Assembly: GCF_001194135.2 (NCBI RefSeq)
Contig: NC_068990.1
Coordinates: 13,947,354 to 14,011,353 of the forward strand
Length of the DNA stretch: 64,000 nucleotides
Reading direction: 5' to 3'
DNA from: Octopus bimaculoides
Taxonomy: Eukaryota
Part shown: piece after piece, positions 13,190 to 26,900 of the stretch
How positions within the stretch are numbered: the first letter of the stretch is position 1
Layout: each line of letters opens with the position of its first letter
Translations under genes and position numbers: made by a program
Notes under the pieces: generated by a model
Told to the model about the DNA's origin: nothing
Databases searched by the model: none
What the model saw: only the letters and a program-made list of their open reading frames with translations

Positions 13190-13301
13190 CTTTGTGTATG
13201 CATACATAAGTATATGTGTACATACTTACACGCACACATACATACACACACACAAGCATATTTATATATTGTATGTAGATGTAGATATAGTACATATATC
13301 T

Positions 13302-13356
<55 letters not shown>

Positions 13357-13725
13357 TTCTATGCAGAGTTTCTCGCTTTTGTACATTCGTTCAGGAAACA
13401 ATATTTCTTCACCATATTGATTTATGTCCAAGAAATTTATTCCGTTAGATCTGTTCCATATACTGCAATCAAGTGGAATGTTAGTCGCATGCGAAACCCA
13501 CCACATGTTTCTATTTAATTTTTGGCTGTTTGATGTTTCAAAAGTTTTCTCCCTTGCCTAGTCTGAAAATATTTTTTATTAACGTTAATGACTTCTTTTA
13601 TTTAGAGATATAATTTCAATTAATTAAAATTGTTTCCGATTCTTTAATTCAACTATCGTAACCTAACTGTAACAATATGTTTTTAATGCAGAAATACTTC
13701 AATGTCATCATTTTAATTTATCCTT

Positions 13726-14400
13726 AGGCAGCGAGCTGGCTGAATCGTTAGCAACGCGGGTAAAATGCTTCGCGGCATTTCGTCCGTATTCACGTTTTGA
13801 GTTCAAATTCCGGCGAGGGCGATTTTTCCCTTTCTTCTTTTCGGGGTCGATTAAATAAGTACCAGTTACTCACTGGGATCGATATAATCGACTTAATCTG
13901 TTTGTTTGTGTATAGCCCCTTATGGGCAGTAAAGAAATAAGAATCGTTAGCACGCCGGGCGAAATGCTTAGCGGTATTACCTCTGTCTTTACATTCTGAG
14001 TTCAAATCCCACCGAGATTGACTTTGCTTTTCGTCCTCTCCGGGTCGATAAATTAAGTATCAGTTACGTACTGAGGTCGATCTAATCGACTGGCCCCTTC
14101 GCCAAAAATTTCGGGCCTTGTGCCATGAGTAGAAAAGAATAATAATTATCAACTAGGTGGACCCGTGAAAAATTCACGGAAAGCATAAAAAATATAAGCA
14201 TCTGTAAACAGTGTACTGGTGCCGTGAGAAATGTTTGTATATTATGACTGTCTGTCTTTACGTTCTGAGTTCAAATTCTGCTGAGGTCGACTTTGCCTTT
14301 CGTCCTTTCGGGGTTGATAAATTAAGTACCAGTTGCATACTGAGGTCGATCTAATCAATTGGCCCCCTCCCCACAAAAATTTCAGGCCTAGAAAAGTATA
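13726..14400 (+). mobile_element. Cluster of three SINE family B copies (~210 nt unit)
   Basis: Repeated GAGCTGGC.GAATCGTTAGCA / GAGTTCAAAT.CC / GGGGTCGATAAATTAAGTACCAGTT / GGCCTTGTGCC.AGAGTAGAAAAGAAT at about 13726, 13939 and 14248. Confidence 0.9.
14153..14245 (-). mobile_element. Helitron 3' terminus
   Basis: Hairpin CCGTGAA-aaa-TTCACGG (14163-14179) lies 6 nt from CTAG (14153-14156), which is followed by T on the minus strand: the canonical Helitron 3' end. Confidence 0.75.
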
Positions 14401-14566
14401 ATGTGACAGTTACAGACTATAGAAAGTAATGTAACACCAATGACTATATAATCCAACCAAAATATCTCAGTTACACAAACGTAAACGGAATTACTGCTTA
14501 ACCTTAGAATATATCGTACATATTCAAAGAACCGTCTTGGTTTAGTAGCACAGAACGTTTTCCTGG

Positions 14567-14820
14567 TACTCTTTTATTCTTTTACTTGTTTCAGTCATTT
14601 GACGGTAGCCATGCTGGAGCACCACGCTTTAGTCGAAGAAATTAACCCCGGACTTATTCCCTGTAAGCCTGGTGCTTATTCTATCAGTCTCTTCTGCTGA
14701 ACAGCTAAATTACAGGAACGCAAACGCACCAGCATCGGTTGTCAGGTAATGGTGGTGGGACAAACACACACATACACACATATACACACACATACATACA
14801 TACATACATATATGACGGAC
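14567..14820 (-). mobile_element. SINE family A, 3' half
   Basis: TTTTACTTGTTTCAGTC...CATGCTGGAGCACC tail in reverse orientation. Confidence 0.85.
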
Positions 14821-14974
14821 TTAAAGGTAGTGGTGATGCAGGCTTGGAGGTAGTGGTGATGCGATTTTGTAGCTTGCTGGTATGCCGAGAGAGATCCAGC
14901 GGGCCCCTAACTGGTTCCCCGATCTTAAAGGTGTAACGTGGGTATGTAATGATGGAGCGGCTGGTATAGTGGTG

Positions 14975-15460
14975 ATGCGTGGATATATAACTATATCACG
15001 ATGAACTGGAGGTGCACCATCTTCACCTACAAATGCAGCTGCAATTTCATTATTAGCAGGGTTATTGTATCTCCTGGCATCTGGGCCTGATATGAAATGC
15101 ACAGTTACTTTCTTCGGATTAACATTTTCTCTGGCTGCTCTTTTTTCTTGTTGTTGTTCAACAGTGCGCATATTTAAATATGCTGCAGTATATGGGTTAT
15201 TCAGCATCACTGAAGAAATCTTTTCCATTATTAACTGCAAGTAATTAATATTTTAAGGCACTTCAGCTCTTTGTTGTAAAGCTTCTTTAGAATCAACAAT
15301 ATAGAGTTGAGCATATCTTCTAGGTTCGCTGTTTTCAGGATGTAAGTTGCTTGCGTGATGATAGACTTGTCTTTGTAAGCGGAAACAGAACCAAACAAGC
15401 ACTCGGGGCGACTATTCCCTTCCTCCAAAATTCCAAGCCCTCTGCCTACAGCAGAAAGGT
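14975..15460 (-). mobile_element. Helitron RepHel fragment
   Basis: One frame with a stop: FCFRLQRQVYHHASNLHPENSEPRRYAQLYIVDS...NNPYTAAYLNMRTVEQQQEK...GPDARRYNNPANNEIAAAFVGEDGAPPVHRDIVIYPR, typical of the region upstream of the Helitron Rep domain. Confidence 0.85.
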
Positions 15461-16809
15461 TTGTTATATCTGTTTGTTTTGATAAAATTGAAAAGAAAAT
15501 GACTTAGTGTGCAAAACATTTTGGACCTGGGTTTGCACCTCTTAAGCAAATTTATTTCCCGCATTTATGTACGCATATTAAGTTCTAACGACTAGTTATA
15601 AGTATCGCTGTGTCTAAATGAAACCATAAAAACGTTATCATTACAATGATTATTTTTATTGTAAACGAAACCATGTAATCGCTATTAGAGCACGAAAACA
15701 TTCACTAAAAACATCATAAAAACTTGATGTTTCTCTGTGTGATCCTTCTTTTGCACAGAAATATTAACACTTTTTATATGAATTAGGCTACATTGATAAA
15801 TCGAAATGTTGTTAAAATTATCGATGTTATAAAACAACAGTGTTATGTTATGTACATAAACATAACATAACATCGATATTTTATGTGGTCACAATTCCAC
15901 ACGTTTAGAAGAGAGCTAGTATAGTTAATGTATTACTGGATATCAACGAACATTGAACTTAAGAACGTAGGAGTACAAAAATATTTTTTATAAAATCTCT
16001 TACTCGGCTGCTCCACAAGTTCTGCAAATTCATCGGTTCCGACATGACATGTTACGACTTGAATCATTTTAAGTTATAATTCAGACTGAAAACTATCGGC
16101 TAAATTGACTGTAACCAGATGTGGCACAAATAATCTTCAGTTCGGATCCATGTACTGGAACTGAGCTGTTGGTAATGACCCGGCCATCGAGTCTTGTTTG
16201 AAAAATATATCTAAGTACCATTTTTAGATACAGCTGATTACTGTTAGCAGTGTTGCTACTGTTTAATGAAGAAGTTTTTAACTTGCATAATTTGATCTAA
16301 GTGTTTATAGTGAGGCTATCTTTGGGTGATTTTTCTATTAAACACACCATTACTTCCAACGGTATTAGAATACGATACAATGACTCTTTTAAGTGAACAT
16401 GAAACAATTGTATCAAATCGTTAAATCTCATGGTGTTAGAAATGCCACTATCATTAATTTTTCATTGTCTAGGAAGTGTTAAATATATGTTATATTAATA
16501 AGAAAAATAACGATACAATATAATGAATGGCCGGCGACATTCGCTGTGGTAGCCACTCCACCTCGTGGGGCTCATTTCTCCGACGGGCGCCGCTATCTCT
16601 ATTTTATGGGCGGTTCATCGACCTTCCACTCCGTCTTCCGCAGCATTGTATACCCCCTCTCTTTTTCTCCTTTTTTTTCTTTTCTTTTTTCTTCTTTTTT
16701 GAAGTGTATGTAATAAACGTTTCTACTTCAGCAAGATTTTTAAAAAAACGCAACATTTTTACACACACACACACACACTTACACGTACACGCGCGCGTGA
16801 ATTACTCCA

Positions 16810-17560
16810 AGTGAGGTTGTTCTCAAGGGCTCTGTTCATGGAATGCACACAGATTCAGTGCATGGTGTCTAGGCCAGTAGTGGATGATGCACAGTTCGGA
16901 AGAGCTATGGTAGAGCGGAAGTATCACTTCACCTACATAACCGTGACAGCGATTAAGTTATTGATGTACAGAAAGAAGAGAGTGGGCGACAAAACCGAAC
17001 CCTGGAGCACACCAGGTTTGATTGCGAGAAAAACAGAAAGATCGCAATTTACACATGCCATGACTTTGTGACGGATACAATAGATGAGAAATGATTGAAG
17101 CCTGCGAGTGGAAATCTCTGACAAGAGATTCGCATGCTCGATATGGTCGAAGGATTTGCTGATGTCCAGGGCAACAACATTGCTTTCACAGAATGTCTCT
17201 AAAATAAAACCCACTGGTGAAGGATTTAAGAAAGTAGGTCTTAAATGGATCTGGTTCTACGGAAGTCATTGAAGAGATTTAAGGTGTTGGAGAACATCAA
17301 TGTTAATGACTGAGGCCATTACCTTAGAGATATTAGAAGTGAGAGAAATAGGAGAATATTGGATGAGGCAGAAGAGTTGCCTTTCTTCGGAATGGTACAC
17401 CCTGCGGTGCATTTCCAAATGCAAGATACGAATAGAGTACTCTGTATTTAGCAGAGGCTTGTATCCAATTGAGTGAGGCAGCTATATCTCTCTGGCCAGT
17501 TATTGAAGCAGGATTATTTATACTCTTATGCTCCACTTCTGAAGACATCGTCCTATGTCA
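16810..17560 (-). mobile_element. CR1/L2-group LINE reverse-transcriptase fragment
   Basis: ISKVMASVIN..., ESNVVALDISKSFDHIEH.., PGVLQGSVLSPTLFFLYINNL (RT motifs 3-4), with stops and frameshifts. Confidence 0.88.
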
Positions 17561-18236
17561 ATGTCAGCACAACACACTGGACTAACAAAGCCAGCATTAA
17601 TTTTCAGACGCATCTCAACGAAAAAGAGAGGGATAACGAAACAAAATAACTATCCATCATTATTTCTACCATCGAAATTGGTCAATGTTTATGACCACTT
17701 AATATTCACTCACGTTTAGACTATCTCCATATTTGGCTTATGTTCAGAACTTGCTGTTTCCTCACAATTCATTTTGAAAATGTGCGAAAATTACAAATTG
17801 CCCGTGTTAAAAATAACACACAGTTGATGAAATTTCTATTTCCTTGTACTTTGAGAAAATTAACACTGTTGCCGTAAAAAATGGAACATTATCACTGCTA
17901 ATCTATGAAAAGAGTTCTTGTAAAGAAGAACTACATGATCCTACTTAGAATTGTCATATTCGTTTCATTCAAGGCAATAATAGAATGAAATGAGCTGTTA
18001 AAAAAGTAATTTCTTTTTCTTTTCCTTAAAAAGGTGTTACTTCTCTGTCAGTTAAAAGCCAGTATTTGATTTATTCTTGGGTTATCCATTAAGACTTCTT
18101 ACAAAATAACAGCCGAGAACACATGAAAACGAAGAAATAACTTCACATTATTACCTAAGTATGTTCATCTGCCATTTTTATGTCTCTCCTTCCTCTTTCT
18201 TTCTTCCTCTCTCTCTCTCTCTCTTTCTCTGTACAC

Positions 18237-18281
<45 letters not shown>

Positions 18282-18689
18282 NNNNNNNNNNNNNNNNNNN
18301 NNNNNNNNNNNNNNNNNNNNNNNNNNNNNNNNNNNNNNNNNNNNNNNNNNNNNNNNNNNNNNNNNNNNNNNNNNNNNNNNNNNNNNNNNNNNNNNNNNNN
18401 NNNNNNNNNNNNNNNNNNNNNNNNNNNNNNNNNNNNNNNNNNNNNNNNNNNNNNNNNNNNNNNNNNNNNNNNNNNNNNNNNNNNNNNNNNNNNNNNNNNN
18501 NNNNNNNNNNNNNNNNNNNNNNNNNNNNNNNNNNNNNNNNNNNNNNNNNNNNNNATCTATGAACTAAAAATTATATTATTAGATTTTTTTTTTTTAATAA
18601 TAAATTAAGCTGATTAGAACTACCAGTGAAGTCATATTTTTTCTTTTTTCAAAAGTGCCGAAATGTAGCACGGATCTCACACATTTTCC

Positions 18690-18773
<84 letters not shown>

Positions 18774-21008
18774 GTAAGAGAGAGAGAGAAATATAATTAA
18801 AACATACATAAAATACATACATACATATATACATACATACATACATACATACATACATACATACGTGCATGAATTCAGGCGGGTGCCAACATGTGGGCAA
18901 GTACGACCATCACTGACAAATTATCTCATACTAGATGTTAAATACAACAGCTGTCACTGTCAGCTATGCTCGTGTTGAAATTTAAAGTGAATATCAGCTT
19001 GCACAACACCGTTAACACACTCACCTATAAAATCAAGTAATCCAGAAACAAAGAAAAGCAAGATCTCCCGCTTCGCAGTGAGGCCAATGTTCCTTCGCAT
19101 AGTGAGGACACTGAGATGCCTAAACAAAAACTAGTGGGTCTCTTACTCCCAGATGCTGGATGGGTGTTGTCTCTACTGAGTTCAGCCATCCCTTGACAGG
19201 TTTTGTTTTTCATCCTACAGAGTGACCAACGGAAACTACTCTCCTTGCCAAGCAGGTTTAGCAGGGTTGCCGGTTTAGTTGCCGACGGCCCTATCATGCG
19301 ACGGATTGAACTGGGTTACATGTTACCAGTAACCCTAAGAGTGATCTAATATGATGTATGCACACATACACATATACATACATATGCCTGACAACTGTCA
19401 ATCAGGATAAGCTTGGAGTTTTAGAAAAAGAAATCAACCGACTCGCACATTACAAATACAATTTGTAAGCGGAACAATAGAAGTATGCAAGACTTTTCTC
19501 GGGTTTAAAATGTGGCATAGTTATTGTTATTTACATTTCGAAGATGGGGCTTTGTGTCTTTGTTAGAAACCAGCTTCTTCTTTCTTCTTCACAGGAAGAA
19601 TTTAAATGATTCAAAACAGAAGAGAAACCTACATAAATACATACATACATACATACACACACACTTACATACATGCATACATATATACATGCATACATAC
19701 ATACATACATACATACATACATACATACATACATACATACATACGTACGTACGTACGTACATACATACATACATGCTTTTATTTAACTTACTTTTTTCCT
19801 CCCTCTGTCATTTGCCTCTAATTCTTTTGTCTCCCTTTTTCCTACTATCACCCATTAGCGGGACAGAAAATAAATATATTTACATATACCTACACAACAA
19901 CATAAGTTTTATTTTAGTAAGAACAATCATACATACCTGCACACGTGTACACAGTAAGTAATTTTAAAATCTACAGCTTATTCAAGTGTATTGCAGTTAT
20001 CTTTTCGTACATATAAATGCGAAGTTGTTGAACAACGTTTTAAGATTTGTTAAAACTTTATGAACGTAGCTGTACCAACACAGAATAATATTGTAGGCAA
20101 TGTGTTCGAATTCCCTCCATGTTTGAAATAGTTAAAAGTGTTTGCCGTATATCCGAAAGCGTTTATCTGTGTATCACATATTTAAAAAAAAATCTAAGAA
20201 CATAATCATAATGGAGAAATAAAGAGACGTGAATATTATTTTCTCATAGACAAATGTATGCAACTAACTCTTACGCAGTTTCATTTTCTGACGTAAAGAT
20301 AAAAATAATTGATAACAACTTTCAAAGGCAGACGAGTTGACATTTAAATAACAAAGAATATAATTTTCACAGATGTTATCACAAAAGACGCGTCTTGTGT
20401 ACTAGCATTGTAGAATTCGCACCATCTCAAGAATAAAACGCTTCAGAACAATAAAACGCTTTTAAAGAGAAACAAATTTCTCTCTCCATTTACAAAATTC
20501 TTATATTTTCAAAGTAGTCGTGAAATTTCCGCAGGTAATGCTAGTTATAATACTTTTATTTTGTGCTCTATATCATATTGTATTTAAAATATTTTATTAA
20601 TGATAAAAGCTATAAAAATAGCCTTTCTGTTATCTACCATCTAATGCACTGTCGACATTAACACATCCACCCACTGTTAGGCTTTTTGCTTTGTTTTGGG
20701 ACTTTTTCTTTTGTTAAATCGAGGTTTCCCTGAATGTATGCATGTGTGTGAGTACGTATGAATGTATGTATGTATGCATGTATGTATATGCATGTTTACG
20801 TGCATGCATACAAAGAGGGGCAGAGAGAAAGCGAATGAGACATATATATATATATATATATATATATANNNNNNNNNNNNNNNNNAGAGAGAGAGAGAGA
20901 GAGAGTTGTACGCAAATATATTTCGGTCATAATCATAGAATTACGTAAAATAGTAGAAATTTGTTACATGTCTACAAACGAATATTTTTCACTCGTGTTC
21001 GTTATTAG

Positions 21009-21046
<38 letters not shown>

Positions 21047-21354
21047 TCGTGCGCGTATGCGGCTCTCTCAGATACATGCACCTTTAACGTGCTTCTCAGA
21101 TAAAATCAGCATCACACAGTATATCAAGGCTGGACTTTGAATTACAGATACAATCCATCTAACAAGCTTCTGTACAGTTTCAATTATTTTCAATCACAAG
21201 TTTTGGATAAAGCTAGGACATTTGTAATAGACGCTTGTACAAGATGTCAAGTATGAATGACCCCCGTGACCTCGCGATTGCAATGCATACTTCATAATCT
21301 TTCGACCTTACTTCGTCTGATGTCAGAGAATGTAACAGAATTATTTAACTGAGA

Positions 21355-21639
21355 CTAGACATGGGTCGGAATTTTTTTTTTTTTTTTAGTCAACAGCAAT
21401 TCGAGGAGCGGCTGGATACTCTTTAATTTACGGGCCTTAACGCTGCCAAAATGCTTTTAAAATGTGGTTTATCTGCCCCTGGGCCCGCATTAGGCAAGTC
21501 GTCGAAAATTCTGTTGGCTCATGACACTCTATGGACCCCAAGTAATGCATGTGTAAAATTTTAATAAAATCGGTTAGGTACTTCTCGAGTTTAGGGATTT
21601 ACACAGACAGACCCACATTTCCAGTTTTATATATATAGA
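21355..21639 (-). mobile_element. Non-autonomous Helitron-like element
   Basis: Minus strand starts A|TCTATATATATAAAAC...CTGTCTGT...CCGATTTTATTAAAATTTTACAC and ends CTAG|T. No clear 3' hairpin. Confidence 0.55.
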
Positions 21640-21644
21640 TGTAT

Positions 21645-21880
21645 ATATATCTTTTATTTTTCATTCTTTACTTGTTTCGATCATTAGACTGCAGTTGTGC
21701 TGTTGGCACCGCCTAGAAGAATTTTTAGTCGAATGTATCAACACCAGTACTTATTTTTTTTTAAGTCTGGTACTTATTTTATCGGCGTCTTTTGCTGAAC
21801 CGCTAGGCTATGGGGACGTAAGCACACCAAACAGTGGGATGAGGAGTAAACACAGACACAAAGACACAAAGAGACACACA
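21645..21880 (-). mobile_element. SINE family A, 3' half
   Basis: Reverse-orientation tail and GGGGACGTAA body. Confidence 0.8.
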
Positions 21881-22058
21881 ACTGGCTTCTTTCAGATGAT
21901 GTTTCCATGATACTTGCATTTTAAAGCTAGTTATTAATTTGTTTCTATGTTCGTCTATCTCTTACTTTTAAGTTAGCAATCACGAATATACGTTGAGTGC
22001 CGCATTCTTCTCTTAGTAAAGATTTGGTATTTTTTGAAGCAACTCTTTGAGAACTCTT

Positions 22059-22440
22059 AGGCGCAGGCGTATCTGTTTGTAAGAAGCTTGCTTTCCAGCT
22101 ATGTGCTTCTGGGTTCAGTTCCACTGCATGGCACTTACTATAGCCACAGGTTATCCGAAGCCTTGTGAGTGGATTTGGTATCGGAAACTGAAAGAAGCCT
22201 TCGTATATGTTTGTGTATGTGTGTGTGCCTTTATGTCGGTTTATCTCCAGCCACCGCTTGATAACAAACGTTAGTGTGTTTACATCCCCGTAACTTAGCA
22301 GTTCGCCTAAGGCGTTCGATAGAACAAGTACTAGGTTTAAAATGAATGAGTCCTGGGGTCGATTTGTTCGATTGAAAACTCTATAAGGTAGTACCCCCGC
22401 ATGGCCGAAGTCAGATGACGAAACAAGTAAAAGATTAAAA
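22059..22440 (+). mobile_element. SINE family A
   Basis: Full head, body and tail; diverged. Confidence 0.88.
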
Positions 22441-22649
22441 TACTTATTTCATTTTGTGATGAGTAACATGTCTTTCTGATTTGTTGTCTTCGCTTGATTC
22501 TAATCATGTATTTAGATGATTTGATCAGATTGTAGTTCGTTGAGAGTTTAAGCTTTCTCATACGATAGATATAAAATAAAATGAAACTGGTGCAAAGAAA
22601 GTAGCAATCCTATACGTGAAAGTATATTTTAGTTGATATAAAAGTTGGG

Positions 22650-23021
22650 GCTAGTCTGAATCAGCCGGTCAAATTCTCTTTCTGAAAATCCTAGTTTATC
22701 CAAATTCTACTTTAAACATTTGCTTACAAAACCTAGTGCTCCAATCATTATTGGTATGAATATGAATTCATAATCTGGATATGAAAGCTGGAGGTTTCGA
22801 AGCAGTTGTCCATAGATATCCTCTTTTTCTTTGATTTTCAAAGAGATATTCATATCTGCGGGGCAGCTAACCTCTATGATGGTACATACCTTTACCCCTT
22901 TGTCCCAAACAAAAATATCCGGCCTATTATGCTTACATTTGACAGTAGTCTTGATGGGAATATTCTACCAATATTCCTAGAGTTGGTGTTTATGAATGTA
23001 TTCCATAACAGAGGGATTTTC
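22650..23021 (-). mobile_element. R4/Dong/NeSL-type non-LTR retrotransposon, restriction-like endonuclease domain fragment
   Basis: EYW*NIPIKTTVKCKHNRPDIFVWDKGVKVCTIIEVSCPADMNISLKIKEKEDIYGQLLRNLQLSYPDYEFIFIPIMIGALG contains the RPD-x13-E...K.EK..Y...IGALG RLE signature. Missed by the ORF track. Confidence 0.85.
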
Positions 23022-23306
23022 TAAGTTTATTTATATATATATTTATTTATTTATTTATTTTTTGTATGCTGACTACTTTCCATCCAGGTCCTCTCTTAGG
23101 TAAGAGACTCCAACTGTTTGGGGGCTGTTTAAGAGATCATCAGGAAGAGTATTATGTATTATGTATGTATGTATATATGTACCCGTGCAGATTTGAATGT
23201 TTTGTTTTATGTATGTACACACATACACACACACATATATACATACAAAAATACCCTGTTGTTGATATTGAAGTTCCAATGAAGGAGCCTTGGATCTAGG
23301 TTAGAA

Positions 23307-23310
<4 letters not shown>

Positions 23311-23404
<94 letters not shown>

Positions 23405-23566
23405 CCTCTCTTTCTCTCCCTCTCTCTCTCCTCCTCTCTCTCTCTCTATCCGAAGGCAAGAAAGCTTGAAATAAAACTGAATAATGACATACATACATGC
23501 ATGCATGCACGTACGTACGTACATACGTACATGCACACACTCACACATACATACATATACACACAT

Positions 23567-23599
<33 letters not shown>

Positions 23600-23625
23600 T
23601 ACATACATACATGCATGCATTCATG

Positions 23626-23677
<52 letters not shown>

Positions 23678-23700
23678 CACACACACATACACACACACAC
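23311..23700. repeat. Compound microsatellite (CT)n / (ACAT)n / (CA)n
   Basis: Directly visible; representative of many (CA)n, (TA)n, (TACA)n and (TAGA)n tracts, many of which border assembly gaps. Confidence 0.97.
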
Positions 23701-23778
23701 ACTTTGCACTTCTGCAGAAAATGTGTGACACAAACGAAACGAAATAGCTGCACGCAAAGCTGAAAGAAAAATAAAGAT

Positions 23779-24221
23779 AGCCGCAGGTATAGCCGTGTGG
23801 TAAGAAGCTTGCTGCCCAGCCACATGGTTCCGGGTTCAGTCCCACTGCGCTNNNNNNNNNNNNNNNNNNNNNNNNNNNNNNNNNNNNNNNNNNNNNNNNN
23901 NNNNNNNNNNNNNNNNNNNNNNNNNNNNNNNACATACATACATGCATGCATGCACGTACGTACGTACATACGTACATGCACACACTCACACATACATACA
24001 TATATATATATTGATGAGTGTGTGAGTGTGTGTGTATTTGTGCGTCTATCTTTGTCCCCCACCCCACCATCGGTTGTAACCTAGCTGTTCGGCAAAAGAA
24101 ACCGATAGAATTAGTAATATGCTTGTAAAGAATAAGTCCTGGAGTAGATTTGTTCGACTGAAGGCGGTGCTCCAGCATGGCCGCAGTCAAATGATTGAAA
24201 CAAGTAAAAGAATAAAAGAAT
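23779..24221 (+). mobile_element. SINE family A (spans a gap)
   Basis: Head before the gap, tail after it. Confidence 0.85.
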
Positions 24222-24699
24222 ACGTCATTGAAAAAAAAATTCTATCCGCGATGTCTGCAATTTGATATCACTTTACAAGGGAAACAATTCATAAAGATTT
24301 GCAAATAAATACAAGGGAAAGAAATCCTTATTCTTTCTCAAAAATGTAACAGTTACGTTAGAGTTATGTCCCTTGGGCAAATAAACTTTCTTAAATTTCA
24401 ACAGGATATTGGAAAACAAGAGAAAGTATTTTCCTACTATTGGTGCTGAAACAAAGTGTGTGAAAGATTAGATTATGGTAGGAAACACTGGTATATTGTT
24501 TTATAAACTAAATTCGATGTTGAAGTTTCTTTAAAACAAGTTAGCCTGTTGTCTAGATTGCATTAAAATGTGTAAGCGCAATATTTGTAACTGCGTCGGT
24601 TTATTTCTTGATTAAGAAAATTTGATGTGCTTTGGTACATTTCAAACATCATGTCGACACTGTGGATATTAAGTCAGTACACTTATTTATACGGACTTA

Positions 24700-25000
24700 A
24701 TAGCCACAATGAGGAAGTCTCGGAATTATGTAACCATTTCAATGAAATCGGACAATTTTTTTTTTTAACTGACAGAATTTTATGTTTATTATTTAATTAT
24801 GAAACAAAAATAAATATATTTGTAAATCTTACGTCAAATCTCTATTGAAAGTTCTTAACATGCGCTCATTCTGTATCCCTGCAAATTTTAAATCTACCCT
24901 TAGCGTTACACATTTGAAGCATTTCCGGAGTTATTTCCTGCACTGCAAACGGAACCCGTTCTTTAAGTTCAGCTAAACAATTGCTCCATTCTGGGCACTG
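24700..25000 (-). mobile_element. Tc1/mariner-family transposase C-terminal tail remnant
   Basis: Minus strand LAELKERVPFAVQEITPEMLQM...RFKICRDTE*AHVK resembles the ELKERI..A...ITPEML....RL..C....GAH.E tail. Confidence 0.55.
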
Positions 25001-25130
25001 AGGTAGAGGAAATGATTGCAGCTAAATTGAAAAAAAAATGCTATCGGGTACAGATAAGCGAGATCCAACAGGAATGAAAATAAAATTATAGAAAAAAAAA
25101 AGGAATATTACAAAAATTGTAAATGTTTTG

Positions 25131-25295
25131 CATGTGGCTGTGTGGTAAGTAGCTTTCTTAAGAACCACATGGTTCCGGGTTCAGTCCCACTGCGTGGCAC
25201 CTTGGGCAAGTGTCTTCTACTATAACCTCGGGCCGACCAAGGCCTTGTGAGTGGATTTGGTAGACGGAAACTGAAAGAAGCTCGTCGTATATATG

Positions 25296-25345
<50 letters not shown>

Positions 25346-25575
25346 TGTGTGTGTGTATATGTGCGTGTGTGTGTGTGTTTCCTCCCCACATCGCTTAACA
25401 ACCGATGCTGTTGTGTTTATGTCCCCGTAACTTAGTGGTTCGGCACAAGAGACGGATAGAATAAGTACTAGGCTTACAAAGAATAAGTCCTGGGATCGAT
25501 TTGCTCGACTAAAGGCGGTGCTCCAACATGGCCACAGTCAAATGACTAATACAAGTAAAAAAGAGTAAAAAAGAA
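25131..25575 (+). mobile_element. SINE family A
   Basis: Near full length, close to the in-window consensus. Confidence 0.9.
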
Positions 25576-26233
25576 AAAGGAGTATGCAAGTGCTACCAGT
25601 CAAAAGCACCACATACCAGAAGCCAGCAAGTGTATGGGGTCATTAGGAGAGAATGTGCGCTGTTTCAGTGATTACCACTCGACGGCATCAGTACACACCG
25701 GCGCTCCTCATGATATGAGGCCCCGCTTGCTAGATCAACTGGTTATTAAAAACAAAGCTCAATATTCTTCTAGCCATCGTTCTTCGTCACTTTTTGACCA
25801 AATCCAGTGACTAGCCTTTTCTGCTGTAGTTTGGATATCAGTCCAACAAAAATCCTCTACATGCGACTTCAGATTTTATACACTTTTATTAAAATTGGCA
25901 ATAATATTGAAATTTCTGCCAGCTAACACAGCATCGGACAACCCGACGGTGGCTTGCTGGCCATAAATTCAAAATTAGCCAATACTTTACTTGTTAGAGT
26001 AAAAGAAATTTGTACGTTACCAAAGATGGTCAGTATTGCTTCAGCTTGAAGAAAGATTGATTTTATTATAACACAAACACGCAGCCGAAATTGCAAGGAT
26101 AATCCGGATCTCGACTGAGGAAAGAAAACTCCGAATGACCTGTCCTTGGTTCCTTGTATCGTCTATCTGGATGTTTTGTCCCTTTCTTGTATCACCTAAC
26201 TGTCTGGATGTTTTGCGTTCTTGTCGCATTCTG

Positions 26234-26265
<32 letters not shown>

Positions 26266-26865
26266 NNNNNNNNNNNNNNNNNNNNNNNNNNNNNNNNNNN
26301 NNNNNNNNNNNNNNNNNNNNNNNNNNNNNNNNNNNNNNNNNNNNNNNNNNNNNNNNNNNNNNNNNNNNNNNNNNNNNNNNNNNNNNNNNNNNNNNNNNNN
26401 NNNNNNNNNNNNNNNNNNNNNNNNNNNNNNNNNNNNNNNNNNNNNNNNNNNNNNNNNNNNNNNNNNNNNNNNNNNNNNNNNNNNNNNNNNNNNNNNNNNN
26501 NNNNNNNNNNNNNNNNNNNNNNNNNNNNNNNNNNNNNNNNNNNNNNNNNNNNNNNNNNNNNNNNNNNNNNNNNNNNNNNNNNNNNNNNNNNNNNNNNNNN
26601 NNNNNNNNNNNNNNNNNNNNNNNNNNNNNNNNNNNNNNNNNNNNNNNNNNNNNNNNNNNNNNNNNNNNNNNNNNNNNNNNNNNNNNNNNNNNNNNNNNNN
26701 NNNNNNNNNNNNNNNNNNNNNNNNNNNNNNNNNNNNNNNNNNNNNNNNNNNNNNNNNNNNNNNNNNNNNNNNNNNNNNNNNNNNNNNNNNNNNNNNNNNN
26801 NNNNNNNNNNNNNNNNNNNNNNNNNNNNNNNNNNNNNNNNNNNNNNNNNNNNNNNNNNNNNNNNN

Positions 26866-26900
<35 letters not shown>

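Noticed and set aside
19025-19350. 90-aa ORF and an AG|GTGAGT donor-like site
   Set aside because: No recognisable domain and a stop precedes the donor; the sequence resembles a retroelement 5' UTR, but I cannot support a call.
25600-26265. Unique-looking segment ending in a Penelope-like terminal repeat
   Set aside because: No RT or GIY-YIG motif recovered in the frames I translated; only the last ~200 nt look Penelope-like.
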